Translations under genes and position numbers: made by a program
NCBI RefSeq assembly: GCF_006345805.1
Contig: NC_043003.1
Span: 67,890,001 to 67,954,000, forward strand
Length of the DNA stretch: 64,000 nt
DNA from: Octopus sinensis
Taxonomy: Eukaryota
Reading direction: 5' to 3'
The notes under the pieces: generated by a model
Told to the model about the DNA's origin: nothing
The model's database searches: none
Seen by the model: only the letters and a program-made list of their open reading frames with translations
Shown: piece after piece, positions 27,870-40,870 of the stretch
Layout of the letters: each line of letters opens with the position of its first letter
How positions within the stretch are numbered: the first letter of the stretch is position 1

Positions 27870-28075
27870 AGCTGGCACAGATGAGTTTACCTGTAATTCA
27901 AAGGGCCAGCCTTATCACAGTCTCTGTACGTTGAATCCCTTGAACTACGTCAAGGGTACGAGTGGCTTTGGAGTGCTCAGTCACTTGCACATTAATTTCA
28001 CGAGCAGGTTGTTATGTTAAGCGGATGAACTGCTGGAGCCCACTGCTGGAGCCCTCGTCGTTGAAGGCCGACGAT
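27870..28075 (+). mobile_element. SINE family B, diverged 3' fragment
   Basis: Contains ttcaaagggccagccttatcac...ttaatttcacgagcagg. Confidence 0.75.
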
Positions 28076-28165
28076 GTGATCTATAATTATGTTTGCGTGT
28101 GTGTGTGTGTTTATGTATGTATGCATGTATGTATGTATTACACTTAAACAAAAAATATTATTAAC

Positions 28166-28243
28166 CGTGTCTTCGATGTTGCGGTTAGCTATACCGTCAA
28201 CCAGGTGCAGTGCAAAGACGTCAATCATGGCTTTATATAGTCC
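28166..28243 (-). CDS. Candidate exon of an unidentified gene
   Basis: ttttaacacaacag| precedes 78 bp ending in |gttaat. Only frame 0 is open (GLYKAMIDVFALHLVDGIANRNIEDT). Confidence 0.38.
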
Positions 28244-28537
28244 CTGTTGTGTTAAAATTTGTCTCTTCTTTATGAGTGGAGTGGTATTTAAATTTTATGG
28301 TGGTTCTGTTTTGGAAGTTAGTTATAAGAGAGATGAGTATTTTCCATCATTTTAGGTTTCATTGGATTTAATCCTTTGCTTTTACAAGTTAAACGCCTAA
28401 TTTCCAGTACTTAAAACTTTAGTAATTGGGTGTATTATCTATTCACAATGGAAATTTTTCGGAGAAGAGGGTTCTCAAAATGAATAAATTCAATGAAACC
28501 ATAAACAGCTAAATATACTATCTTATCATCTTATCAT

Positions 28538-30140
28538 CCCTGCTGTACTATCTTATCACGCGGGACCAAGTCAAACGTGTTATTCAAGGCCTCGATATCA
28601 ACAAGGGTCACGGCCCTGACGGCATTACACCCACGGGTTATCAAAGCGTTGGCTCCGGTCATCTGCGAGCCCTTAACACGACTATTCAATATGTCATTGG
28701 CGACGGGTGTTATACCTGCAGACTGGAAAACAGCGATAATCTGCCCAATTTTCAAGAAAGGGAGCCGCGAAGACCCGCTTAACTACCGACCGGTTCCCTT
28801 ACATCAATAATCAGCAAGATGTTCGAAACCATCCTTAAGAAAAGTATGATGCTCCACCTCCTAAACACAGCCTCGATCACTGATTCCCAACACGGCTTCG
28901 TGCCGAAGAGATCATGCTTGACCAACTTACTAGTAATGGAAGAATTGGTGACGCGCATCCTCGATGATAGTGATGCTGTTGACATCGTTTTATGGACTTT
29001 GCCAAAGCTTTTGACTCGTAAAACCACCGCCTACTACTTGTCAAGCTTCAAGCATATAGTTTCCATCAGGTATTGTACGATGGGTTGGTGCCTTCCTCTC
29101 AGATCGCTCCTTCCAAGTTCAAGTTAATGGTTCGCGGTCCGACGTCTCCAGTGCGAGCAGTGGCGTGCCTCAAGGTTCAGTGCTTGGGCCCTTGTGTTCT
29201 TAGTCTTCATAAATGACTGCCCGACGACCTCACGCAACACACCCTTCTATTTGCCGACGATATCAACTGGTCGCTCCTCGCGGTAGTATAGAGGATCTTC
29301 GTCGATGCCCCACCAAATTTGGAAGTGGTCTAACGATTGGGACCTGTGTCTGAACGTGTCAAAGTGCTGTCATCTGCCTGTCGGCTCTACTCCTGCAACT
29401 CAACTTGATTTCGAGCCGGGTCGTCTGCTGCTGGAGAGGACCGATCAGGTAAAGGACCTGGGTATCTTGGTGGATTCCTCTTTTCGCCTTCGGCCCAGTG
29501 CGTCCATGCTGCCAACAAAGCGCGCGGAATTCTGTTTTTGATTCGACGGTCATTCGGAATGCTCACAGCAGCCATTCCTGCCACTCTATGTCACGCTGGT
29601 GAGACCCATATTGGAGTATGGGATTCAAGCCTCTTCTCCTTATCTCCTCAAAGACATACAGCACCTCGAAAGAGTCCAGAGGCTGGCTACCCGCATGGTT
29701 CATGGTCTCAAAAATTTGTCCTACGAGAAAGGCTGAGGACGCTCGACCTTTATTCTCTTGAAAAACGCCGCCGCCGTGGTGATCTCATTCTCGCCCCAAC
29801 ATCATAAGCGGGAAGTGTAACCTCTCGAAAGAGCTGTTCTTCACTCCTGCTCCGGAGCGTCGGCTGCGGGGTCATTCCGAAAAGCTCTACCTGCGACGAT
29901 TTCATCTCAATCGAAGGAGAGGAGCTTCTCTCCGTCCGGGTTGCGGATCCGCGGAACAAGCTGCCAGACGAGATGGTGAAGATGCCGACGACCGCTTTGT
30001 TCAAAGCCTCCCTGGACCTCAAGTGGCCTGAACTCTTTACATGAACACCACCCTGTACTTAACTCCATGTCCCCCTACATGCCTTGCTATTTGCTTTTGA
30101 GCCAAATTAACTAACGAACTAACTAACTAACTAACTAACT
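28538..30140 (+). mobile_element. 5'-truncated CR1-like LINE reverse transcriptase with (TAAC)n tail
   Basis: Motifs GPDG, NYRP, QHGF...SCLTNL, DFAKAFD, GVPQGSVLG, FADD and DLG, then RP.LEY and LERVQRLAT, are recoverable across about a dozen 1-nt indels. The stop is near 30041 and is followed by aactaact repeats. Confidence 0.95.
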
Positions 30141-30477
30141 GCATACAAGACGGAACACATAAATATTCACGCGAGCTTAAAAAGTTAATCCCAAACAATA
30201 ACACAACCTAGATTTTATCAATAAAAATTTCTCCTCCAAAACACCTCTACCTAACAACCCATCCTAAAAATTAATTCCCACTCCACTCAAATCCACACAC
30301 CCAGGATAATTTTAACTCAACAGAGGCGATATCAAGCCATGATTAATTTCAGCGTATCGCAGTCTCACGGTGAATTAATTAGCAGCAACTTCGAAGCCAC
30401 TTTCAATAGTATTCTTGCTTAAGTGCATAATAAATATATATATATATTATATATTATATATATATATATATATACGT

Positions 30478-30880
30478 ATAGGCGCAGGAGTGGCTGTATG
30501 GTAAGTAGCGTGTTACCAACCACATGGTTCCGGGTTTAGTTCCACTGCGTGGCACGTTGGGCAAGTGTCTTCTACTATAGCCCCGGGCCGACCAAATCCT
30601 TGTGAGTGGATTTGGTAGACGGAAACTGAAAGAAGCCCGTCGTATATATATATATATATAATATATAATATATATAATGTGTGTGTGTGTGTGTGTGTGT
30701 GTGTTGTGTATCTGTGTTTGTCCCGCTAGCATTGCTTGACAACCGATGCTGGTGTGTTTATGTCCCGTTACCTAGCGGTTCGGCAAAAGAGACCGATAGA
30801 ATAAGTCCCGGGGTCGAGTTGCTCGATTAAAGGCGGTGCTCCAGCATGGCCGCAGTCAAATGACTGAAACAAGTAAAATA
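30478..30880 (+). mobile_element. SINE family A, full length
   Basis: Head, internal TA/TG tract and caaatgactgaaacaag tail are present. Confidence 0.92.
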
Positions 30881-30930
30881 AATAAATAAATAAATAAATA
30901 TATATAGTATATATATATTATATATATATA

Positions 30931-30983
<53 letters not shown>

Positions 30984-31844
30984 ATATATATATACACATA
31001 CCATACACGGTGGGTGTGCGCGATCGTGTGAGGAGAGTTCAGAAGAAGAGAGATTGTCTAGTCGCTCGAGAATTACAATAATGAAAATAGTTTTTGTACA
31101 TATTTACACCTATAAATCAAAAGAAAGCAGCGTTGAGGTTATTTATGTGTGTTGATATTTAAGATTTTTTTGCACCTTCAGATGTTATCAGTATATTAAA
31201 TTTTGATTGATGCGGTTGAAAGGCTTGTTTTTTAGCCAATAAAGGAAGAAAATTAATTAGAAGGATATGTGTGTGTATGTGTGTCTGTCTGACTGTCTCT
31301 CTGCCTGGCCGTCCTTCCGTGTGTCCGTCTGCATGTATACGCACGAACATGAAACTACTTGTCTAAGTATTAATCTACTTTTGTCATCTCTTTTCCCTCC
31401 AAGCACTTATGACAGCGACAGCTGATTAGGTCATTTTATCTAAACTAGAACGCAAGATTTCCACGTTCATATTTGAATGCTTTTTCTGTTTCTATAATAT
31501 TATTTTCTTTTATTCATTCCCTAACTTGATGGACATATAACAACAGACCAGCCGACACTAAAACTATCTAGTGAGACATTTTTATCAATGTACCTGCAGA
31601 GACCTAGACTGATGGGTCAAAACATATGTTGTACGTCATAAAAGTCTAATACGAAACACATCTATTATTTAATACTATTACCCTCGCTCCCATTGCGGAG
31701 TTCCTGACGTAAATCCAGCGGGAATGTGCCACAAATGCGGATGACATCAGATAAACTAAACTGTGCCGGTGCTGTACTCAACATTCAAACACACTAATCA
31801 AATTATAGTTATTCGTCCAAATTATATATATATATATATATAGC

Positions 31845-31995
31845 AGTATATTCTGTCTACGTATTTTCTGTCAACTAAATCCACGCACAAATGCGGATGA
31901 CATCAGATAAACTAAATATCTGGTAGGCCCGATATTCCACGCAGTGGAGTTGAACACGTAATCATGTTGTTTGGAAGCAAACTTCTTACCACACA
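31845..31995 (-). mobile_element. SINE family A remnant carrying a short templated insertion
   Basis: The minus-strand family A sequence is interrupted by a copy of 31730-31760 at 31886-31916. Confidence 0.65.
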
Positions 31996-32217
31996 ATCCC
32001 CCACCTTTTTTTATTAATTTTCATTGACATTCACATTTCAAATATGAATTACAATTACAATATAACATAAATAAATATATCTTTTTTGTTGACAATTTTA
32101 TAGACATTTTCAACCTCATAAATCAAGATATAATTTACTACCAATATAAGATAGCAGAACAATTATATTAATATTTCCCTCGAGTCAATCAACTTACTTC
32201 CTCGTATTCGAAAAAAT

Positions 32218-32653
32218 GCTTCGGCGGAGGTAAAGATCACGGACCTTTGAGATTTTTTTTAAGAGAACACACTATATCGATGGGGGAGATTTTGAATCTA
32301 CAAAAAAAAAAAAAAAGCATTTCAAAATTTTAATACTGCTACCCACACTTTCTTAAATTTTCACTTAAAAATTTATTTTGAAGGCGAAATACGTAGAAAA
32401 ATACGGAGATTATTATTCTGAAAAACCATTAAAATTGGTAAAATTTCAATTAAAAAGAAAATAATAATAGTAGGCGTAGGAGTGGCTCTGTGGTAAGTAG
32501 CTTGCTTACCAACCCGGAACCATGTGGTTCCGGATTCATTCCCACTGCGTGGCACATTGGCCAAGTGTTTTCTACTATAGTCTCGGGCCAACCAAAGCCT
32601 TGTGAGTGGATTTGCTTGACGGAAACTGAAAGAACCCCGTCCTATGTGAATGT

Positions 32654-32719
<66 letters not shown>

Positions 32720-33895
32720 ATGTGTGTGTATATGCTTGTGTGTCGGTATTTGTCTCCCAACATCGCTTGACAACCGATGCTGGTGTGTTTACGTCCCCGT
32801 AACTTAGCGTTTCGGCAAAAGAGACCGATAGAATAAGCGCTAGGCTTACAAAGAATAACTCCTGGTGTCGATTTGCTCGACTAAAGGCGGTGCTCCAGCA
32901 CGATCTCAGTCAAATGGCAGAAAAAGTAAAAAATGTAAAGAGTAAAGAGTAAGAGCTAAACACCCCCTCCCATCCACCCAATGACAAGATATAAAATTAA
33001 AGTGTTTCCTCTACTAATGTTTCATGTCAAACATAACCCAACATGTTGTGGTCAGGTCTTTTTGGAATTAAGATAGGTATGTAATAATTAGAGTTTTTGC
33101 TCACACACACACACACACAAATGGAATTTAATTTTTTGTTCCTTTCTGGTAATTCGTATTTATCCTAGTTGATCTTAGGTTTGGCTGTTGTTTCTAGCTT
33201 GTTCGATTTCTGGTTGGGGGTGTACTTAAAAACTGAACATTTTGAAACACCTAAAACACGTTTTCATTCTTTGCCCCTCTGGCAAAGAGAAAAGGGGGTG
33301 GAGGAAATTTCACTTTCTGATATAGGGTGAAGGTGAGGGGTGGTTTTTTTGAATAATTGAAATTTTACAAACAATTTATTTTAGAATCATTATCTCCGTA
33401 TGTTTCTACGCATTTCGCCAAAATATATTTTGAAAATAAGTGAAAAATTAAGAAATTGGGGGCAAGGGGTGAGATTTAAGTTTTCAATTTTTTTCTTCTT
33501 TGGTAATTCGTGTCAAAATTTTGAAAACGTGCTTCTAACATGTTAGATACTTTTTGTGTCTACTATTTTATAATTCTATGTATACTTGAAATATTAGTAG
33601 AGAAAACACTTTAATTTCACTTCCTGTCATAGGGCGGATGAGAGGAGAGGTGTTTATTCATTTTTTTGAAAAAGTTAAATTTTACCTCTTTTTTTTTTTC
33701 AGAATCATAGTCTCCGTATTTCGTCCCAAACAATTCTTTAAAACAGTGAAAATTTAAGAAATTGTGGTGTGAGAATTAGAATTTTGAAATGCTTTTTTTT
33801 TTTTTGACAGATTAGGAATCTCCGCCCTTCATATAGTGTGTTTTTGTAAAAAAATCCCAAATGTCCATGATCTTTATCTCCGCTAATGCTTCTTA
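32218..33895. mobile_element. Element with about 200-bp imperfect terminal inverted repeats
   Basis: About 32218-32430 is inverted relative to about 33690-33895. An internal subrepeat lies at 33380-33460 and a SINE is nested inside. Confidence 0.65.
32471..32950 (+). mobile_element. SINE family A nested in the TIR element
   Basis: Full head, microsatellite and tail. Confidence 0.92.
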
Positions 33896-34014
33896 TATGA
33901 TATACGCTCTGATCGGTGTTTCGTTAACACGCAAAAATTACAAAATAAACTTAGTCACATACTGCTACTAGTTCTGTGCTTGATAATTCATGTTCGCTCA
34001 TGTTTAACGCCATA

Positions 34015-34270
34015 CACGTACGTACATGCACACAAACATGCATACATACACACATACATACATACATACATACATACATACATACATACATACATACATG
34101 CATGCATGCATACATACATACATACATACATACATGCATGCATGCATACATGCATGCATACATACATACATACATACATGCATACATACATACATACATA
34201 CATACATACATACATACATACATACATACATACATACGTATGTGTGTGTGTGTGGTGTGTGTGTGTGTTT
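34015..34270. repeat. (TACA)n/(TGCA)n/(TG)n compound microsatellite
   Basis: Direct inspection. Confidence 0.95.
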
Positions 34271-34469
34271 GTATGCGTAGAAATAATATGCATCACTACA
34301 CGCGTTTTCGCAAATCACGTTTCTTATGATCATATTCTGTACTCCTGGGATGATTACAGTGCAATCCGTAAAATCCATGGATATCAGTGCGATCATGTTT
34401 ATGCATTCATTTCTTCCGGCGATATAGCATTAACGGATGTTTAACTGGGGGTTGTGTATCATTTATGAT

Positions 34470-34740
34470 CAATGAGAACTCTGATTGAGGTATGTGGGCT
34501 TTTCTGTGTGTATTTGGTGGGCAGGAGTAGAAAGTGATAGAAAGAGAGGAAGGAAGGGTACTAATAAGATGGTGGTGGCGTGTGGTGATGTGTGACTGAT
34601 TTTGGTATTTGAGAATGGAGCAGTTTGAATGGGTAGTATAGTTTTAGGTTTAAGCTTATTCACAGCAGGCGCCTTCTCAATGAATTCAGAAGTAGTCGGG
34701 TCAGCAGTAGCTACAGCCATTAGAGACATTCAGGCGCTGG
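34470..34740 (-). mobile_element. Penelope-like RT relic
   Basis: Frameshifted remnants resembling the RT thumb region (FSNTKIS..., SCPPNTHRKAHIPQSEF). Confidence 0.45.
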
Positions 34741-34902
34741 ATTTCATTATCTGAATTGACAAATATTTTCTTAAAAGACCCTTTTAATTACAAAAACACT
34801 GCCTAAAACGCTTAATTCTTGCAGGTAGCCTACTACTAAATGCAATTCTTTCATTCTGGATTTTTAAGCGGAGTCTAAGACAATGCGAAAAATGTATGTT
34901 AC

Positions 34903-34994
34903 GGTTTGAAATCAAGTTCTACAAACTGTTTATAGCAACTTGTGTGAGATACATCTGCAAATGGCGGTGCCTCAGCATAGCCACAGCTCATGAG
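34903..34994 (-). CDS. Candidate exon, paired with 35080-35131
   Basis: ctagtttcag| precedes 92 bp ending in |gtaaca. Only frame 0 is open (LMSCGYAEAPPFADVSHTSCYKQFVELDFK). Confidence 0.42.
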
Positions 34995-35079
34995 CTGAAA
35001 CTAGAATCAATCAATCAATCAATATACAGAGACGAACATGAGAAGTTCAATGGGATTGTACGTTTTCTTATTTCCATAC

Positions 35080-35131
35080 CAGTGTCTGAAACGGTTTCTT
35101 GCAAATACCACCTAATGCACATTGTAGTTGT
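35080..35131 (-). CDS. Candidate exon, paired with 34903-34994
   Basis: gtgtttttttatag| precedes 52 bp ending in |gtatgg. An 85-nt GT-AG intron joins it in phase (QLQCALGGICKKPFQTL). Confidence 0.4.
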
Positions 35132-35219
35132 CTATAAAAAAACACTTTGCAAATGCATTGAGCGCGATTATACATACACACTTATATTAGTATTATATTA
35201 TACATATATAATTATTATA

Positions 35220-35250
<31 letters not shown>

Positions 35251-35267
35251 TATATATATATATATAT

Positions 35268-35482
35268 ATTTGTTTACTGCCCACAAGGGGCTACACGCAG
35301 AGGGGAGAAACAAGGACAGACAAAGGGATTAAAGACAAAGAGATTACATCGAAACCAGTGCGTAACTGGTACTTAATTTATAGACCCGAAAGAATGAAAG
35401 ACAAAAGTCGACCTCGGCGGAATTTGAACTCAGAACGTAACGGCAGACGAAATGCGGCTACGCATTTCGCCCGGAGTGCTAA
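35268..35482 (-). mobile_element. SINE family C
   Basis: Reverse complement of the family C core. Confidence 0.88.
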
Positions 35483-35484
35483 CG

Positions 35485-35860
<376 letters not shown>

Positions 35861-36019
35861 TGGTATTATTACACAATGAAAAATGAAAAGATCTGCATAC
35901 ACGTGGGATAAGAAAGAAAAGAAATGTAAAAGTCCCAGAAAGTTTGTATAATAAAGTTTAGGGTGATATTAGGAATTACATCATTATATCATTGCAAATT
36001 AAATAAGTGCAAGCAAAAG

Positions 36020-36960
36020 ACATATTTTATAAAACAACAGATGCAAAACAATACCTTCTCTTAAGCTCTTGCCATCCTAGACACACAAAAACACATCCGC
36101 TTCAACCTTGCAAAAAGAATCTGCACTTTTGTCTCAGGGAAAATAACTAGAGAATTACGACTACAACTACTGAAAAAACGTCCTCCTGGATAGACACTAC
36201 CCAATCCAAATTATTAATGAAAGAATAAAACGCGTCAAATCTATCAGCACCGAGACATTAAGAAAAACCAAAGACGTTAACAAACCTCTCCTTAAAACAC
36301 TATCTTAAATTTCCACATAGAACCCCAGAAACAAAGAAGCATTCAGCACAATCATACAGAACCTACCAATACTACACAAGGACCAAAAAGTAAAAGGAAA
36401 TTTACGTGACATTGAAATTGTCAAGAGCAACGAACAATCTAAGCCATTAAAGAATCTGCTAACTAATGCAAAATTATTCCCCTCCAAAACAAGCCTCAAA
36501 ATAAAAAAAAATGTAATCGCCCCAACTGGGGAACATGCCCCAACCTTTTGGAAGGGTCTGAATACTATTTAAAACAAGGGGAACACTTTACAATTAAATC
36601 AAATTTCACTTGTGCATCCGAAAATCTGATCTACGTAATCAGATGCTCGGGCTGCCAGAAAGACTACATCGGTAGCTCTGGGAATTCTATCCGTCAACGT
36701 TGTACGGTGCATCGTCAACAGATAGCCTCACCACAATAACGCCAAAATTTATCTCAGTTAACATATCGACGTATGTACGAAACAAATAAAACCTAAATTC
36801 AGTATATTTCCTCTATATAATTTCGCTGGCTGGAGTTCAACACAAGCCCGACTCAGTAAAGTAGCATATTTCATCCCAATTACAAACCTGAACTTAACAC
36901 CAATTAATTTTGATTGTATTACTAATTACCACTTAATTACTTGACTCCTGGACACCCATT
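36020..36960 (+). mobile_element. Penelope-like element, RT C-terminus plus GIY-YIG endonuclease (decayed)
   Basis: SCHPRHTK...FNLAKRICTFVS...RHYP, then FTCASENLIYVIRCSGCQKDYIGSSGNSIRQRCTVHRQQI. Confidence 0.9.
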
Positions 36961-37148
36961 CATATTCAAATCTGAATCATGAGAGGTCCGACATGACTCT
37001 TATGAAGAAAGTATTCATATCTAGGTAATTGCATTGTCATTCATTTTCTATTAGACTGATATATTTTATTCCTTTATGGAATTTCAACATATACCATAAA
37101 GTTATATATGTATTTTTAGTTACAAATTACTGTTCATACTTATATATG

Positions 37149-37224
<76 letters not shown>

Positions 37225-37977
37225 CACAAGAGATAATAAAATATATGCATACGGTCATTCCACACATTACTGCTTAATCTTTAAAATCTAGTACGGTAAT
37301 ACAACTAACTGTATATAAAATGAAATGACTCCTGTAACTGCTTGCTTGCCAAAAACCTGAAGAGCTTCATGAAAAGATAAGAGTTGCACCCCTTGTCATA
37401 TTGCTTCACCTCTGTTCGCTTTTTACAAAGATGGCGTCCAATTGATAGCAAGAAAGTTTTCCCTATATGAATTGACAAACGTTTGATCGTGAAAGCAGTA
37501 CTTATTTAATTTGTAATGATGTAATGATGTAATTTGATCCTAATATCTCCATAAACTTTATTATACAAACTTTCCGTAACTTTTACATTTCTTTTCTTTC
37601 TTATATATCTATAACTTACTTGGAAAAGGATTCGTGGCGTTCAATCATATAATACTATATATATATATATATATATATAAACTTATTTGGAGAACAGAAA
37701 AGAAACGAAACGACGCGAGGGCGCTCAGTCATGCAATAAATTAATAAATAAAGTATATGCATACATACATACATATATGTACGTACCTACATCTACATGT
37801 ATATATACATGCATATATAAATATATATATATGTGAGTACAGGACACCACAAATAAACGTAGAACTCTACGAGAAACGAAAATATAAAAACAAACATGAA
37901 AACAGACTTTTTTAACAACGAAAAAACAGAGTACAAGACAAACAATACAAGGAAAATTCCACTTCATCAGCTGTCCC

Positions 37978-38207
37978 TAGTTCGACTCCATGCGTGTTTC
38001 GAATGTAAGGACAGAACACGACTCGTCGAACTAGCCGTTCCTGCGAAAGAATTACATAAAATTCCTTTGCAGAGGGGTAAAAACATTTTTTCCTTTCCTT
38101 GTTTTTACCCCTCTGTAAAGGAATTTTATTTAATTCTTTCGCAGGAAGGGCTAGTTCGACGAGTCGTGTTCTGTCCTTACCTTCGAAACACGAATGGCGT
38201 CGAACTA
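37978..38207. repeat. 230-bp palindrome within a cluster of Penelope-like terminal repeats
   Basis: Arms at 37978-38085 and 38100-38207 are 108 bp each with 6 substitutions and a 14-nt loop. Confidence 0.95.
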
Positions 38208-38534
38208 TATATATATGCATATGTAGGCACAGGACGCCAGGAAATATTTACAACAAAAAAGTATGAAGCACGAGTACATGGAACATGAACTATTCTTTCG
38301 AACAACGACAGACAGAAATGGACAATCCCAAATTGTATTTAATTTGGCTTGCTGGAGCAACTGATTCATTGAAAGCGTATATTGCTGTTAAATGTTCGAA
38401 ATACGAGACAAGACAAACAGCCAACAACTGATGGAGGGTCGTTCCTTACGTTTGTTTTGTTTTCCATTCGTGTCTTTCGAACAATAGTTCATTTTCCCTG
38501 TACTCGTGCTTTGTATCTTTTCTTGTGCCCACAT

Positions 38535-38541
38535 ATGCATA

Positions 38542-38633
<92 letters not shown>

Positions 38634-38816
38634 TATATATATATACATATATATATATACACACATACATATATATATATATACATGTATACATATATAT
38701 ATATATATATTATATATGTGTGTGTATATACGTTACATATATATATACATATACACATATATTATATCTACATACATATATACATTATACATATGTATAT
38801 ATATATGTATATATAT

Positions 38817-38848
<32 letters not shown>

Positions 38849-38962
38849 TACGTTTATACATATATAATATATGTATATATATATATATATTTATGCATAT
38901 ATATATCTATATTTATGTATATTTATATATGTATATATGTACATATATACATATATATACAC

Positions 38963-38993
<31 letters not shown>

Positions 38994-39077
38994 TATCTAT
39001 ATGTATATACATATATATGTGTGTGTGTTTTATATATATGTATATATATGTGGATATATATGTATATATAATATATA

Positions 39078-39145
<68 letters not shown>
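38535..39145. repeat. Compound TA/TG/CA microsatellite
   Basis: Direct inspection. Confidence 0.95.
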
Positions 39146-39148
<3 letters not shown>

Positions 39149-40819
39149 GCAACGATTCACTTGAAGTAGAAAATGATGATTTACATCACTTGAACCTCCT
39201 GTGGATGTTTTATAGTAATCTTCAGTAGTTCGATTAGCTAGATTAGTATTCAACACATGTCACTGCGTCAGATGCTTCAGAAGTTTGCAGATTCATTGGT
39301 TAATTGATATTTTAATGAATTGTATCGTCAGAACAAATATTTCAGCTTGTCCTACTTTCCATGATTGGTGATGGCCAATATTTGTTTGTTATTAATTTTC
39401 TCATCTATAGCGAGGCCTATGTTTTGTAATAAAATTATTATTATACGTCTCTCCAGCATTGAATTTCGATTTATTTTCTTTTGTTTATTTAGGGAGATAT
39501 CGGAATCAAACTAAATATTCGCCATGTTCTTGTGGTTTTCAAAGTGTATTAACATTTGAATTGTTTCTTATTTATGAATATATCATTTATTGCGCATATA
39601 TGTGAGTCAGTATGAGAATGCACGTATATGCATGACTGTCCGTGTATAAAAGATAATAGTTTACTTAGAATAATTTGTGAAACTGTTTCACTTTTTTCTC
39701 TTATTTCAGGTTTTTTTCTCCCCTGAGAAAAGTTGTCTTTATTATGCGGGAACTACTGGAACTGACATATAACAACGATTGAGTTAGGAAGTTTATTTTG
39801 GAATGAAGTCTCTTTTCGTAGTCATATTCAAATAAAGAATACAATATATCTGTATTAAATACCTTTGTTATTTCAATTTCTGTATTAATACCTAATGCCA
39901 TTTCAATTTGAAAATACAATGTTTATCTCTGTTTTCTATTATCACCCTTTTATGTATTCTCAACAGCATGCAACATAAGAATCATCGCTCGTGTTTCTAC
40001 GGTCTAATACTATAATATGGCTACAATCTTCCTGTCATTGCGCACTGACACGATACACAACAGTATTATTTTGCTTTACTTATGCCAACCTCTCAGGTTT
40101 ATCGTGACAAAATTTTCTTTTTATTTGCAGTGATAGATGTGTTTTATTGTGTGGTCATTTGACTTTGATAATTCAAGAGGCGATTTCCAGTGAAATTATT
40201 CAACTGTAAGGCATAGCATGCACACATTCTGCATTGGTGTTTGTATTGGAAATGCAAAGAGCATAATACCAATAATTCAATGCGTAAACACTGCATAATA
40301 GTTACTGCATTCGCTCTTTGGGTATTATCACTGTACCCATGATAATCATAAGTGTTAGCTATAAACACTTCCTATCCTATCGTTTATTTCTCATTATTCT
40401 CATATAACGCTATAAGGTTCTAAACATATGAGTCATCGCTATGCATTTCGCTCTTTCTTTCATCAGCGCTTTTCCTTTTATCTATATTTTATTGTTGTCT
40501 TTACTCCAGGGTTGTCCCACTTCCTAACAATGATAGATTATAAGTGCTCATTCACGTAATAGTGTCAATAAAATATCACTAAATGTAGCTGGTAATAGTT
40601 TTTCGTTGGTTAGATTTACAACGTTCAGCAAAAACAACTTATCGTCATAGGCAGAATCATTACATAAAATTAGATGTGAAATGGAGAAGTTGGATTATGA
40701 GAACAAGTTGGAATACCTGATTATCTTTCATAAAATCATCCACGCAGACACACATACAAGCATAACCTAACGTAAGATCGGACGCGCACAGACCCTTGCA
40801 GACACTCTCATATATATAG

Positions 40820-40870
<51 letters not shown>

